Shown here piece after piece: positions 1-12,182 of a DNA stretch of 64,000 nt. The translations under genes were made by a program, and so were the position numbers. The stretch is from positions 143,406,001 through 143,470,000 of the forward strand of contig OZ024742.1 of the NCBI GenBank assembly GCA_964016885.1, read 5' to 3'. How positions within the stretch are numbered: position 1 is the stretch's first letter; each line of letters opens with the position of its first letter. This stretch comes from Eledone cirrhosa. Lineage: Eukaryota. The notes beneath the pieces were generated by a model that was given only the letters and a program-made list of their open reading frames with translations, ran no database searches and was not told the origin of the DNA.

Positions 1-90
1 TTCTTCTTCTTCTTCTTCTTCTTCTTCTTCTTCTTCTTCTTCTTCTTCTTCTCCTCCTCCTCCTCCTCCTCCTCCTCCTCCTCCTCCTCT
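1..90. repeat. (TTC)n/(TCC)n microsatellite
   Basis: Direct reading. Confidence 0.95.
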
Positions 91-97
91 ACCAGCT

Positions 98-1000
98 TCA
101 GTGGAATTCCATTACATGTAGAGTGCACTGCGCAGGCTTCCTTGAGAGGACAAGTGTCTCAGTTTTCGCGGCATTGATTTTCATTCCAGCCATGCAACAT
201 TCGGCATCAAACCTATCAAGTGCAAGTCGGAGATCACCTTCTGTCGAGTTAAGTAATAACATGTCGTTTGCAAATTCCATTTGACTGATTTTACACCAGC
301 CAGTCGTGATATCACTTCCAACCCGGCTACATCCGTCAATCCTGTTCATGTAAATAATGAACAGGAGAGGTGACAGTACGCACACTTGGCGGATTCCGAC
401 TCCCACATTGAACGGTTTCGATTTGGCACAATTTATCCGAACACAAATACTCGAACATTCGTATAGAGTCATCAGGTCAGCAAGAAGCTGACTATCGATC
501 CCATACTCCTGCATAACCTTCCACAACAGGTCCTGAGGAACGCGGTCGTATGACTTTGAAGGTTTACAAAACAAGAATATACCTCTTGTCAATACTCCAA
601 CGATTTCTCGAACATCAGCCTCAGTGTGAATATTTAGTTGGCTGTGATGCATCCGAGTGAAAACCGCACTGTTCATCAATTAGCTTGGACTCGACAATCT
701 CCCTATATCTCTTTGCCAGACACTTAGCATAGACCTTTACAAGGAGATCCTTTTTGAAAATTGTGATTATCATTCCCGATTGCCATTGCTTAGGTGCCTT
801 TCCAGAGATCCAAACCACCCGGCACACACGTGTCAGCTAGAGAATACCTTCTCTATTTAAAACTTTTAACATCTCGGACCTGATTTCCAGCAGCCTTGCC
901 ACATTTGAGCTCCTTAACTGCTCTTGTGACCTCAGCCTCTGAGAGATTAGTCACCGTTCCCAGATGCACCTCGTGTACATCAGAAGATCCACTTCTGGTC
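98..1000 (-). mobile_element. Degenerate RTE-like LINE reverse transcriptase fragment
   Basis: ORFs 621-827 and 98-679 give RT motifs (PKQWQSGMIITIFKK, EQCGF, SYDRVP, GIRQVCVLSPLLFIIYM, FANDM, GMKINAAKTE) with frameshifts. Confidence 0.85.
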
Positions 1001-1909
1001 GGGTTTCCGAGAATAAATTAGAGTTATTCTTGTTGTTGTAATCGTATCGTTATTGGTTAGATCTAAATGAGCTCTGAATGAGATGAATTATGAGAAAAGG
1101 CATTCCACCCGTGATCGTTCCGTTTTTGTTTCAAACTTTGTATTTAGGACTGTGTTTGCCAATATGTCCTGATTATTTTAAATGGTAGAGTATGATTTAA
1201 AGGAGGTTTGGATTAGTTGCTATTTCTAACAGTTAGCGTAACCTACCAGAGGCGACCCGTTTCGTAGCTTTGCGTTGGAAAAAATGAATAAATTACTCCA
1301 TACTTCTGAAGGTGGTGTGCATGGTCCCCAAAAGGGGTGGAGTATTTTTTTCTAAATTGTACATTGTATCTTTTTAGTACCAAACATTACTTTAATATTA
1401 AATGAATGGACATAAAATTGTTTGAAATGTTTAATGGCTCGCGGTGAAAAATGTTTTAAGAATTCCTGCTTTATAATCTACCTCAATACGTTTTAATGCT
1501 GCAGTAGACTATTTCTCTCCCTCTTTCCATCTCTCTCCTTCTCCCTCTCTCTTTCCTCTTTTACTCAGAATAATTTTCTTTTAGAAAATGATCAATCATG
1601 TTCGTGGTGGAGTCTCGGATTTATTTATTTTAAATATATTAACATTATTTTAACTAATCTCTTTTTGTTCGTTCGTCATGAATATTTTGTCTCAAACTAG
1701 ACTGAAATTCTCCTATTCTTGTCTATATCTTCTCATCACAATGTATGTATATTTATATGTATGGACTCCTAGTTAGATTGTAAAGGTGCCGTCATGAAAT
1801 ACAGCGTGTCTTGTGTATTTTAACCCGATTTCCTCCAGAGAAGGAGAGAGAGAGAGAGAGACCTTGAGAGAGATTAGGTGAGGGGAAGCAAGAAAGAGAT
1901 ATACCGAAA

Positions 1910-2065
1910 GAATCGACCCAGTACTGGATTGATACATTTTTATCGACCTCGAAAAGTTGAGAGACTGTTGACCTTGGCGGGATTTGAACTCAAGGCGTAG
2001 ATAGCTGAAACGAATATTGCAAAGTATCCTATCCAACCTTTTATCGACTTTGCAAATGCACCGTC
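1910..2065 (-). mobile_element. tRNA-derived SINE, family A, diverged
   Basis: Reverse complement of the GAGTTCAAATCCCGCC B-box head and GTCGATAAAA segment shared with 12002-12182. Confidence 0.7.
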
Positions 2066-2333
2066 TTCTTATCAAAATATTCATTTTAATTCAATCCCAA
2101 TCGTATACATATAATAAATTCAACTCGAAAACATTAGCTTTACTTAACCACCATAAACATAAACAACCTAACACTTCTTCAGCACAGGAAGACTCCTATG
2201 GGATCCACGTGCTTCGCTGTTCTATATAGAAAGAACAAACGAAAAAAAGAAAAATAGGTAAGACAGACTTTCCGTTTTCCTTTTTTCTCTTTTTCTCTCA
2301 ATCTTCCCCTTCCTTTGCTATCTGTCTGTCGCT

Positions 2334-2424
<91 letters not shown>

Positions 2425-2624
2425 ATACGCAGCCATACACCCAAGTGTGTGTGTGAGGCAGAGTGTGTGTATCTAGAATGTTTCCAGTAAAAAATATCTC
2501 AGTATTTTATCAGCATGAACTAGACAAGAATAGAAACTAACAGAAATAAAAAATAAAAAAATGGAAGTATGAATGGACGTTTATTGGTTAGGATTCTAGC
2601 TGAGTGGGATGAATTATAGCGATG

Positions 2625-2800
2625 GGTAGAGTTCATGAGAAGGCATGGAATTGGCATAGTTGTTAGAACGTAAGATAGAATGTTTTGTGGTATTGGTTCC
2701 GGCTCTCTGCACCGTAAGTTCTAATCCCACTGAGGCCATTCGTTTAAGGTCGACAAACAAATTCCTGATTCAATACTACGTCGATGGTCTCTCCTCCAGA
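2625..2800 (+). mobile_element. SINE family A, highly diverged
   Basis: AGTTCTAATCCCACTGAGG ... GGTCGAC resembles the family A consensus. Confidence 0.5.
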
Positions 2801-3105
2801 CAACCAACAGGAGCGCTAATTACATGCAAATTATTACGTCCATTTCGGAAAAAATACTCAGAGTGAATGGGTATATAAGTCCACTAAATACATGTTTTTT
2901 TGTAGTTGTTTAATTATATACACGCTTTCTGGTGAGGGCTCAGTTATGTCCGAAAAATCGATTATATGTGTTTATCATTTTTTCTCTTTACAGGAAAATT
3001 TCTATTTTCTGACTTGGTTATATGCCTGCATATTAGATATGTGTATATTTATTATATTTATATACACATTGGTGCAGTTTCAGTCACCCACTCTGTATCT
3101 ATGCA

Positions 3106-3960
<855 letters not shown>

Positions 3961-4044
3961 ATATATACGTGGTCCTTTTATTAATATATATACGTTCCTT
4001 TTATTAATATATATACGCATATATTTATTAAAATAACAGATTAA

Positions 4045-4095
4045 AGTTTAAGCAAAGAATATCTGCTTTCACCCTTAACGGGATCTTCTGAAACT
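4045..4095 (-). ncRNA. Hammerhead-like fold, U4A variant, in pLTR
   Basis: AGTTT-CAGAAGA-T-CCC-GTTAA-GGG-T-GAA-AGCAGA-TATTC-TTTGCT-T-AAACT. Confidence 0.65.
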
Positions 4096-4223
4096 AACAA
4101 AGTCAATCTGTAAACGCAGAAGTGGATATTTCAAAAAACGTTGCAACCGGAGGAAGACAGGAAGACGATACTTTGGTTCGTGGAAACGTTCCCTGGCAAA
4201 GAACGGGAAAAAACGAATATAAT

Positions 4224-4293
4224 TGTTTCTACTTTAGGCACAAGGCCAGCAATTACCCAGTGCATTACTGGTACTTTATTTTATCGACCCCGT
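4224..4293 (-). mobile_element. 5'-truncated SINE family A with 14-bp TSD
   Basis: AAAACGAATATAAT at 4210-4223 and 4294-4307; the insert is absent from the mirror arm near 6895. Confidence 0.85.
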
Positions 4294-5114
4294 AAAACGA
4301 ATATAATACGTCATTAATTGGAGCGGTGAAAAACAATTACGCGCAAAGACAGAACCACGTTTATGTTATAAAAGAAGTCGTAGACTAATGTTCTCTTAGG
4401 GGGTTCATAGAGACGTTCTCTGACAATGAACGGAAAAAACGAAGATAATACGTCATATGTGGAGCGTGGAGAACAATTGCACGCAAAGACAAAACCACGT
4501 AAATGGTATAGCAGAAGTCGTAGACTAAATTCTAACTAGGAAACCGAATGAATCTCCGCTTCAGAGTTAAGAAAAAAGTAAATAAATACAATACAGGGGT
4601 AATAGAAATTAAATAAATGCATACACACATTCAAATACGTACATACACAAGCATACGCAAAACACTTGCCATAGGTATACAAAACCACGCACATATAAAT
4701 ATGTGTGTGTGTGTGTGCGTGTATACAAATAAATAATTAAATAAACGTATATAAATAAATAAATACGTATATAACAAGCGCACCCACATACCTACATGTA
4801 AATACACAAATGTTCGAAGACGTAAGTCAGCCAAAACATGAAGTACACATATACACACACCCTACATACGTACGAACCTGCATACACACGCAGACGGAAA
4901 ACTCCCGTATACACATAACCAACCATATGTACCAGAAAATATAAAAAATGTATACGCCACAACATAATCAATCAAATATACGTATGAGGAAGTATACGCA
5001 CCTTCACAAAACATACAGGTAATATATACTTACCTATGCAAATAAATAATGGTATAAACAAAACATATACTTAGCTACCACATCAAGACGTAAAATATCA
5101 ACGTATAGATCGTA

Positions 5115-6247
5115 CTATCCGTTAGGGTATAATGTGGGGCTGTAATACAGGAAAGTTTTGTGCAATTTATGTTTACAGGCCGAAATTGCCTCAGATTTTT
5201 TGTTTAAGATGTGGTCTGTGGCATAGAGTATTTCCAGGGTCTCAGCGACGCAGAGGTCACATGGTCTTTTATTTCCGTTATACGATCTATCCCTAGCTAG
5301 GATCTCCCAGTGTAACTTAAATTGGGTGCGGTTGTCTTTTATACTCCAGATATAAGCTGAAAGTGATGTCATATTCCTTCTAAGAGGGTAACGAAAAGAA
5401 TGGGTATGCATGTAAAGACGCTGCTTGAATCTATTGGCGGTTAACCCTATGTAGGCCCTACGGGACGTGGGTGTTTCAACCTTACATTTGTAGACAATGT
5501 TACTAGAGAGGCATTTCCCGGATAGGGGGCAATCGACCCGATTCCTACAATTACAGTTAGTACTAACTACAGGGTTGCACGTGTTCCTACGGTTACGTAG
5601 TTTAGCTAAATTTGAAGCTGTGATGTTATGTGCAAGGTTAGGAGTCGCAGAGTAAGAAATTTTAATAGTATTTCTATTAAAAATTTTACTATATTTATGT
5701 GTAGGGGGAAAATGCTTCGTAATAAGGGAAAGAAAGATCTTAGCTAATGGTGTGGCTACCCCCATATTATATGGTGGGTTATACCAACAAATGCGACGGG
5801 ATCTATTACTTCTAGGTCTATTTTCGTACTCTGTATATGCTACCTTATCGACAAATCCACTCCGAGCAAGAGCTTCATTGTAATAAGCGGAATGGTCGTT
5901 GAAAATATGCTCGTTAGTAGATAGACGGGAAAGCCTCAACGAAACGTTTCTTACCAGGTTCTTGGTTATGCTGGCAGGATGGTTGGAATGCTTACTTATG
6001 TAATTAAGCGCATCATTCGGCTTTCTATACGGGTAATACAACCCATTCGATAAATTGAGGGTAACGTCGAGGTAATTAACGACCGAGAGATTGGCCTCAA
6101 CCTGTATAGAGAGGTTGAAGCCTTTAAAGAAGGCTGTGAGTTCTTTTCTGAACCTGTCGCAAGCACGAGGTCCGCACTTAGTCATGGTCAAAAGACCATC
6201 ATCACGGTACAAACCGCCGCCCGCGTTGGGGAATTCGTCCTTGATAG
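5115..6247 (-). CDS. PLE RT C-terminus plus GIY-YIG endonuclease, 5'-truncated
   Basis: GLYRDDGL, VNYLDVTL, PYRKPN, SNHP, WYNPPY, CNCR..CPLSGKC, IVYKC, YIGLT, FKQR, CDLC. The listed ORF N-terminus (6248-6392) is read-through from the inverted pLTR. Confidence 0.9.
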
Positions 6248-7022
6248 ATACATTTTTTATATTTTCTGGTACATATGGTTTGGTTATGTGTATACGGGAG
6301 TTTTGCGTCTGCGTGTGTATGCAGATTCGTACGTATGTAGGGTGTGTGTATATGTGTACTTCATGTTTTGGCTGACTTACGTCTTCGAACATTTGTGTAT
6401 TTACATGTAGGTATGTGGGTGCGCTTGTTATATACGTATTTATTTATTTATATACGTTTATTTAATTATTTATTTATATACACGCACACACACACACACA
6501 TATTTATATGTGCGTGGTTTTGTATACCTATGGCAAGTGTTTTGCGTATGCTTGTGTATGCACGTATTTGAATGTGTGTACGCATTTATTTAATTTCTAT
6601 TACCCCTGTATTGTATTTATTTACTTTTTTCTTAACTCTGAAGCGGAGATTCATTCGGTTTCCTAGTTAGAATTTAGTCTACGACTTCTGCTATACCATT
6701 TACGTGGTTTTGTCTTTGCGTGCAATTGTTCTCCACGCTCCACATATGACGTATTATCTTCGTTTTTTCCGTTCATTGCCAGAGAACGTCTCTATGAACC
6801 ACCTAAGAGAACATCAGTCTACGACTTCTTTTATACCATAAACGTGGTTCTGTCTTTGCGCGTAATTGTTTTTCACCGCTCCTATTAATGACGTATTATA
6901 TTCGTTTTTTCCCGTTCTTTCCCAGGGAACGTTTCCACGAACCAAAGTATCGTCTTCCTGTCTTCCTCCGGTTGCAACGTTTTTTGAAATATCCACTTCT
7001 GCGTTTACAGATTGATTTTGTT

Positions 7023-7073
7023 AGTTTCAGAAGATCGCGTTAAGGGTGAAAGCAGATATTCTTTGCTTAAACT
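7023..7073 (+). ncRNA. Hammerhead-like fold, U4A variant, mirror copy
   Basis: Same as 4045-4095 except stem II reads CGC/GGG. Confidence 0.55.
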
Positions 7074-7183
7074 TTAATCTGTTATTTTAATAAATATTTG
7101 CTCTACGGTTCTTATATATTTGATATATATTTATCCTTATCGAACCCTCTTTGGATTTTAGTCTTCAAATTTATTATTATTAC

Positions 7184-7270
<87 letters not shown>

Positions 7271-7547
7271 CTGTGTGTGTCTGTGTGTTTTAAGATTATA
7301 AATAAAACGGGGTGCAAAACACATTCAGCAATGATCGATGCAATAACCTGATTTACGACATTAAATAGACATATTGGGTAATCCAGTGAGTATTCATATG
7401 TATTCCATTAGCACTGTAAACCCAGGAAGAAAATTTAATCGGTGTATTGGAACATGCAATCGTAGAATATAAAAGAAAACAATAAAGACTTCAGTCCAAC
7501 ATCTGTTTATTGCGTAATGACTGTTTCAGTAACAACCCTGCTCGTAG

Positions 7548-7583
<36 letters not shown>

Positions 7584-7617
7584 CACAGACACACACATAC
7601 ATACACACACACGCATA

Positions 7618-7688
<71 letters not shown>

Positions 7689-7849
7689 GAGATTGTACGG
7701 AAAAGGAAAAACAATGGTACGAATATTCATGTGCAGAAGAAGTCACTTCCCAAAAGGGAGGTGACCCACATTAGATCGGAGGTGTGAATCGACTGTGGAA
7801 ATTCAGAATAATAATAGATTATTCATGTTAGTCAGTCCGGATCTTTGTA

Positions 7850-8390
7850 ATAACGTAATAAGTGTTTCCAAACGTGTGGACAACGCGAGAAAAGCTCATT
7901 CCTTGAATTCAGACGATTACGCTATTACGCAACCTCCCCAGGGTATTGATTCTTTCTTAAATGTACAGCCCACAAGTCAGGTTCCCATTTCCGTATGGCT
8001 TAGGCTCAGTAATAACTTTCCATGAATGGAGTAATCCATGCTTGCGTCCTTGAGGGACCATATGTGGCTCGCGAGCTTCGTGGACGATCGTTTGTCCGGG
8101 GGTATCTGAATGTCGACAGATGATTCACGAAGCGTTCTTTAAACCGGCCCTCCGTCATACCTATATAGGATTTGACCTCTTGTTGTTGATTTGGTCGGTT
8201 AGAAGTGTCCACAGCTTCATAAATTACAGCGGATGTGTTACATTGTTGTTGAAGGGGACAAGCTTCAGACCTTCGGTAAGAGTATCTTTTGTGGGGTTCT
8301 GCTCTTAGGGTTGTTGGTGATGTGGACCTTCATATTCTTAGCACATGAGTATCCTAGTTTCACCCTGTGTCTGTTAAAGATGGCGCGGTA
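7850..8390 (-). mobile_element. Degenerate PLE GIY-YIG fragment
   Basis: SYIGMTEGRFKERFVNHLSTFRYP; homologous to the 5115 ORF, with frameshifts. Confidence 0.8.
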
Positions 8391-8397
8391 TATATAT

Positions 8398-8516
8398 ATA
8401 TTTAATATAGAAATGGCTTCTACAGGACTAGAACTGTTTCATTCGGGAGAATTCTTGATGATTTCCCCCGAATGAAACAGTTCTAGTCTTGTAGAAGCCA
8501 TTTTTATATTAAATAT
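8398..8516. repeat. 50-bp-arm hairpin with a partial HHR-like core
   Basis: 8398-8447 pairs with 8467-8516 (two G-T pairs); TTGATGA-T-TTC-CCCC-GAA-T-GAAAC spans the loop and right arm. Confidence 0.85.
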
Positions 8517-8581
8517 TTATACTCTGCTATGTATTGAGTACCCTACTTACTATGGTTACCCCCGATTGAACCCGGGATAAA

Positions 8582-8623
<42 letters not shown>

Positions 8624-9491
8624 CAGAGCTGAGTAATTGTAACAAAGAAATCATTGAGATTAATGTCCCAGAGACACCACCTGCGTGGTTGTAATATGCT
8701 GCTAATTTCTTTTTCATATTTATGTAATTATCAATGGTTTTTTAAGCCAACTTTGTGTATATTTGTAATGTTATTTATACAACTGTGAATGATAAAAACA
8801 TTTTTACCTAAAAAAGAAAAATCCCACATCTACACGTGTTTAATATTGTGCATGGAATTAATGGTTCTATCAGCACTACCTCGGCAAGTTAGGTGAAGTC
8901 TGTGTATAGAAGAGGAGACTTGATAAGACCGAAACATATCTAGTGTTGCTTCCTCTACTTGCCGAAATGATTAAAATAATATTATTCAGTAAGATAATGT
9001 TGTCTTTTCCTCCCCACATAAATACTTTTAATTAGGTTAATGTTCACTACATTAATTATATTAACACTAATTTAGCTATTGAGTAATTGTAAGTTTGGAT
9101 GCGAGTGAGCGTTTCTTTAAATGGAAATGATTGTTGTTACTGTTTTAATGCCGAGTCAGCCCTGATCAAGTAGATCTATACATGATCAAAGCCGTTCCAG
9201 TCATTACTATTTTATTGATCCAGCCTGTCCTTTTTTTAAAGACGGTAGGGTGAGATTTAAGGGAAATTTGGTGGCTATAGCAAACTCGATAGAGGCTCCC
9301 TCGTTGGTTCTTCCTGGAGATATAAACAAATGAATGCTGTATATTTAAGTATTGTCAGGGGAGTAGTCCTACTAAAAATCCACTTCTGATACTTTTCTCA
9401 ACATTCGTCTCTATTTCGTTGTTCAACCAGCCTAAAGGACAGCCGCATGACTTGTGTTTAGCCACTGATCTCCTTTGCTCTTTGTCCACGC

Positions 9492-9540
<49 letters not shown>

Positions 9541-9547
<7 letters not shown>

Positions 9548-9757
9548 GTGATTTTTTTTTTACAAAATAAAAAATAACCGAGGTGTCCTACACGAGTGAA
9601 AGTATAAAGAAAAAAAGATGAAATCGAAAATGCAACTGGAGTCTTATTTTAAAAAAATATATATATTTATTTGGTTCCTTTACCGGTTTCGCAGTTGTTC
9701 TGCTTTTCAAAAGTAGAGTTGAGATGGAGGGTCTGTGGTTTTTCTCACAGAAAAAAA

Positions 9758-9791
<34 letters not shown>

Positions 9792-9934
9792 TATAAGGAA
9801 CCAAATAAATATATATATTTTTTTAAAAATAAGACTCCAGTTGCATTTTCGATTTCATCTTTTTTCTTTATACTTTCACTCGTGTAGGACACCTGGGTTA
9901 TTTTTCATTTTGTAAAAATACCCTCACATTCTAA
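9541..9934. mobile_element. Fold-back pLTR-like element in (TA)n
   Basis: 9541-9680 is inverted at 9795-9934; a related copy starts at about 26522; HHR-like motif on the minus strand at 9678-9713. Confidence 0.8.
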
Positions 9935-10088
9935 TATATATATATATATATATAGTTAGAGAAGCAAAAAATTGCTTATTGTGATCCAGTTTTTGGTTAA
10001 GAAAGCCAGTTTCATGGAGGGTTTCAACGTGCAGTTAGGGGTAACTCCACAAGTTTGTAAGAATTCCGTTCAATCTTGGAGTATAAAG

Positions 10089-10207
10089 TATAAAAGAGAA
10101 AACACAGGTAAGCATTAAGAGAAGGATTTTATCCAGGTATTTACGACCGTATTTAATACCTGGATAAAATCCTTCTCTTAATGCTTACCTGTGTTTTCTC
10201 TTTTATA
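10089..10207. repeat. Perfect 53-bp-arm hairpin
   Basis: 10089-10141 pairs with 10155-10207, 13-nt loop. Confidence 0.9.
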
Positions 10208-10216
10208 TATATATAT

Positions 10217-11401
10217 ATGAGAGAGGTAAAATAAGAAAATTATAAAAATTAACTTACTTACTAAAATTTCACTCCAACTAATTAGTTTCTGAAAGGGAAT
10301 AAACATAGTTTCCGAAGAAACGTACGGAGAAGCCTTTCGTCATCAGGGAAGTCTATTCTCAGCTAAGTTTCCAGGCAATACGTGGACACAGGGAACTTAT
10401 ACAAAAATAATTCAGTGGATGGAAAAAAGCAAAGCGTGGACTAAGTTCCAAGCCATTTAAAAAATCACTGCCTACTGCGTCGGTGGCAAATTCAAAAGAA
10501 TCAATCACGTGACATCGAGGTCAATCAGTGAAGAGTGGTTTGTTAAGAAGACAGCAGCCGGACCGTTACTATGAACTATAGTAGCAGTTTTGGCCAATTT
10601 TGGCTCGACAAAATAATTTGGAGATAATTATAAAGAATTAGTATATCTACTAACATATATATACAGATGCATACCTATGCCAGCAAATATATAGGTTTTG
10701 TCTTAGTAACTTTGTGGTTCAATGCATGGGGATGCAGAACAATAATATGAGAGACGTAAAATAAGAAAATTATAAAAATTAACTTACTTACTAAAATTTC
10801 ACTCCAACTAATTAGTTTCTGAAAGGGAATAAACATATTTTCCGAAGAAATGTACGGAGAAGCCTTTCGTCATCAGGGAAGTCTATTCTCAGCTAAGTTT
10901 CCAGGCAATACGTTGACACAGGGAACTTATACAAAAATAATTCAGTGGATGGAAAAAAACAAAGCGTGGACTAAGTTCCAAGCCATTGAAAAAATCACTG
11001 CCTACTACTTTTGAATTTGCCACCGACGCAGTAGGCAGTGATTTTTTAAATGGCTTGGAACTTAGTCCACGCTTTGCTTTTTTCCATCCACTGAATTATT
11101 TTTGTATAAGTTCCCTGTGTCCACGTATTGCCTGGAAACTTAGCTGAGAATAGACTTCCCTGATGACGAAAGGCTTCTCCGTACGTTTCTTCGGAAACTA
11201 TGTTTATTCCCTTTCAGAAACTAATTAGTTGGAGTGAAATTTTAGTAAGTAAGTTAATTTTTATAATTTTCTTAGTTTACGTCTCTCATATTATTGTTCT
11301 GCATCCCCATGCATTGAACCACAAAGTTACTAAGACAAAAACCTATATATTTGCTGGCATAGGTATGCATCTGTATATATATGTTAGTAGATATTCTAAT
11401 T

Positions 11402-11406
<5 letters not shown>
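10217..11406. mobile_element. Non-coding 530-bp tandem unit plus inverted arm, with three HHRs
   Basis: ACTCCAACTA at 10271 and 10801 gives period 530; inverted arm 11008-11406; flanked by (TA)n. Confidence 0.85.
11154..11235 (+). ncRNA. Type I hammerhead ribozyme with extended domain II
   Basis: TTCC-CTGATGA-C-GAAAGG-[36 nt]-CCTTTC-A-GAA-ACTAATTAGT-T-GGAG; minus-strand copies at 10271-10352 and 10801-10882. Confidence 0.65.
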
Positions 11407-11483
<77 letters not shown>

Positions 11484-11540
11484 ATATATAAAATAAAGTT
11501 AAATAAAAAGTCAAATGTTTAGAATTTAGCTTCGTTTATT

Positions 11541-11595
11541 ACTGCTATATATATTTCAGTGACAGCCATCTTTGGCTGTGACCTCTTCAGGCAGT
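11541..11595 (-). ncRNA. Type I hammerhead ribozyme
   Basis: ACTGC-CTGAAGA-GGTCACAGCC..GGCTGTCACT-GAA-ATATATAT-A-GCAGT. Confidence 0.8.
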
Positions 11596-12001
11596 CCGAA
11601 TTAGTGTGGTATAGACAAGTATATATGTTGTTGAGGTGTATAATATTGTCAATACTCTGATATGCCCAGTTCCTGGTTGGGTTGTTAGGAACTGGAATCA
11701 TATGAATTCAAACAAACGAATTTCAGTGTCAAAGGGCCTCTTCTCCTCTCATTGGTCAGTTGTTAGAACATTCCTCATTCTAAGTGTTGTTATTGTTGGA
11801 GTTAGCTTAAAAAATTGATAAAGTGGTAGAAGGGACAAGGTGTTAAAGGAACAAAATAACAAAAAAAGTGTCAAACTTCCCATTGGTCAGTTCTGAGAGC
11901 ATTCCTCAGTCAGAAGTCTATAGAATTCTTTCTGGGGTGAGGCTCCCTGTAGTGTTTTTGATTGCTATTGTTAAGTACATTTGACCTCTACCATTATTTT
12001 G

Positions 12002-12182
12002 CGTGGATTGGCAGTATCGGAAGAGGGTCGGATGCCATGCTTTCCAGCATAGTTACGTCCCTTTACGATCTGAGTTCAAATCCCGCCGAGGTTGACTTTG
12101 TCTTTTTTCCTTACGGGGTCGATAAAATAAAGTACCAATAATGAACTGGGTATTTGCTGGCCTTGTGCTTAAAGTAGAAACA
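12002..12182 (+). mobile_element. Near full-length SINE family A with 9-bp TSD
   Basis: TGGCAGTATCGG A-box-like and GAGTTCAAATCC B-box; ATTATTTTG at 11993-12001 and 12183-12191; absent from the mirror arm. Confidence 0.9.

Larger units (their letters stand above)
4020..7185 (-). mobile_element. 5'-truncated Penelope-like retroelement with inverted pLTR
   Basis: PLE ORF 5115-6247; arms 4020-4953 and 6248-7097 are reverse complements. Confidence 0.9.

Noticed and set aside
6248-6392. N-terminus of the 425-aa ORF
   Set aside because: Chance read-through from the inverted pLTR.
7742-7765. 10-bp hairpin after CAGAAGA as an HHR
   Set aside because: No GAAA or stem III follows.
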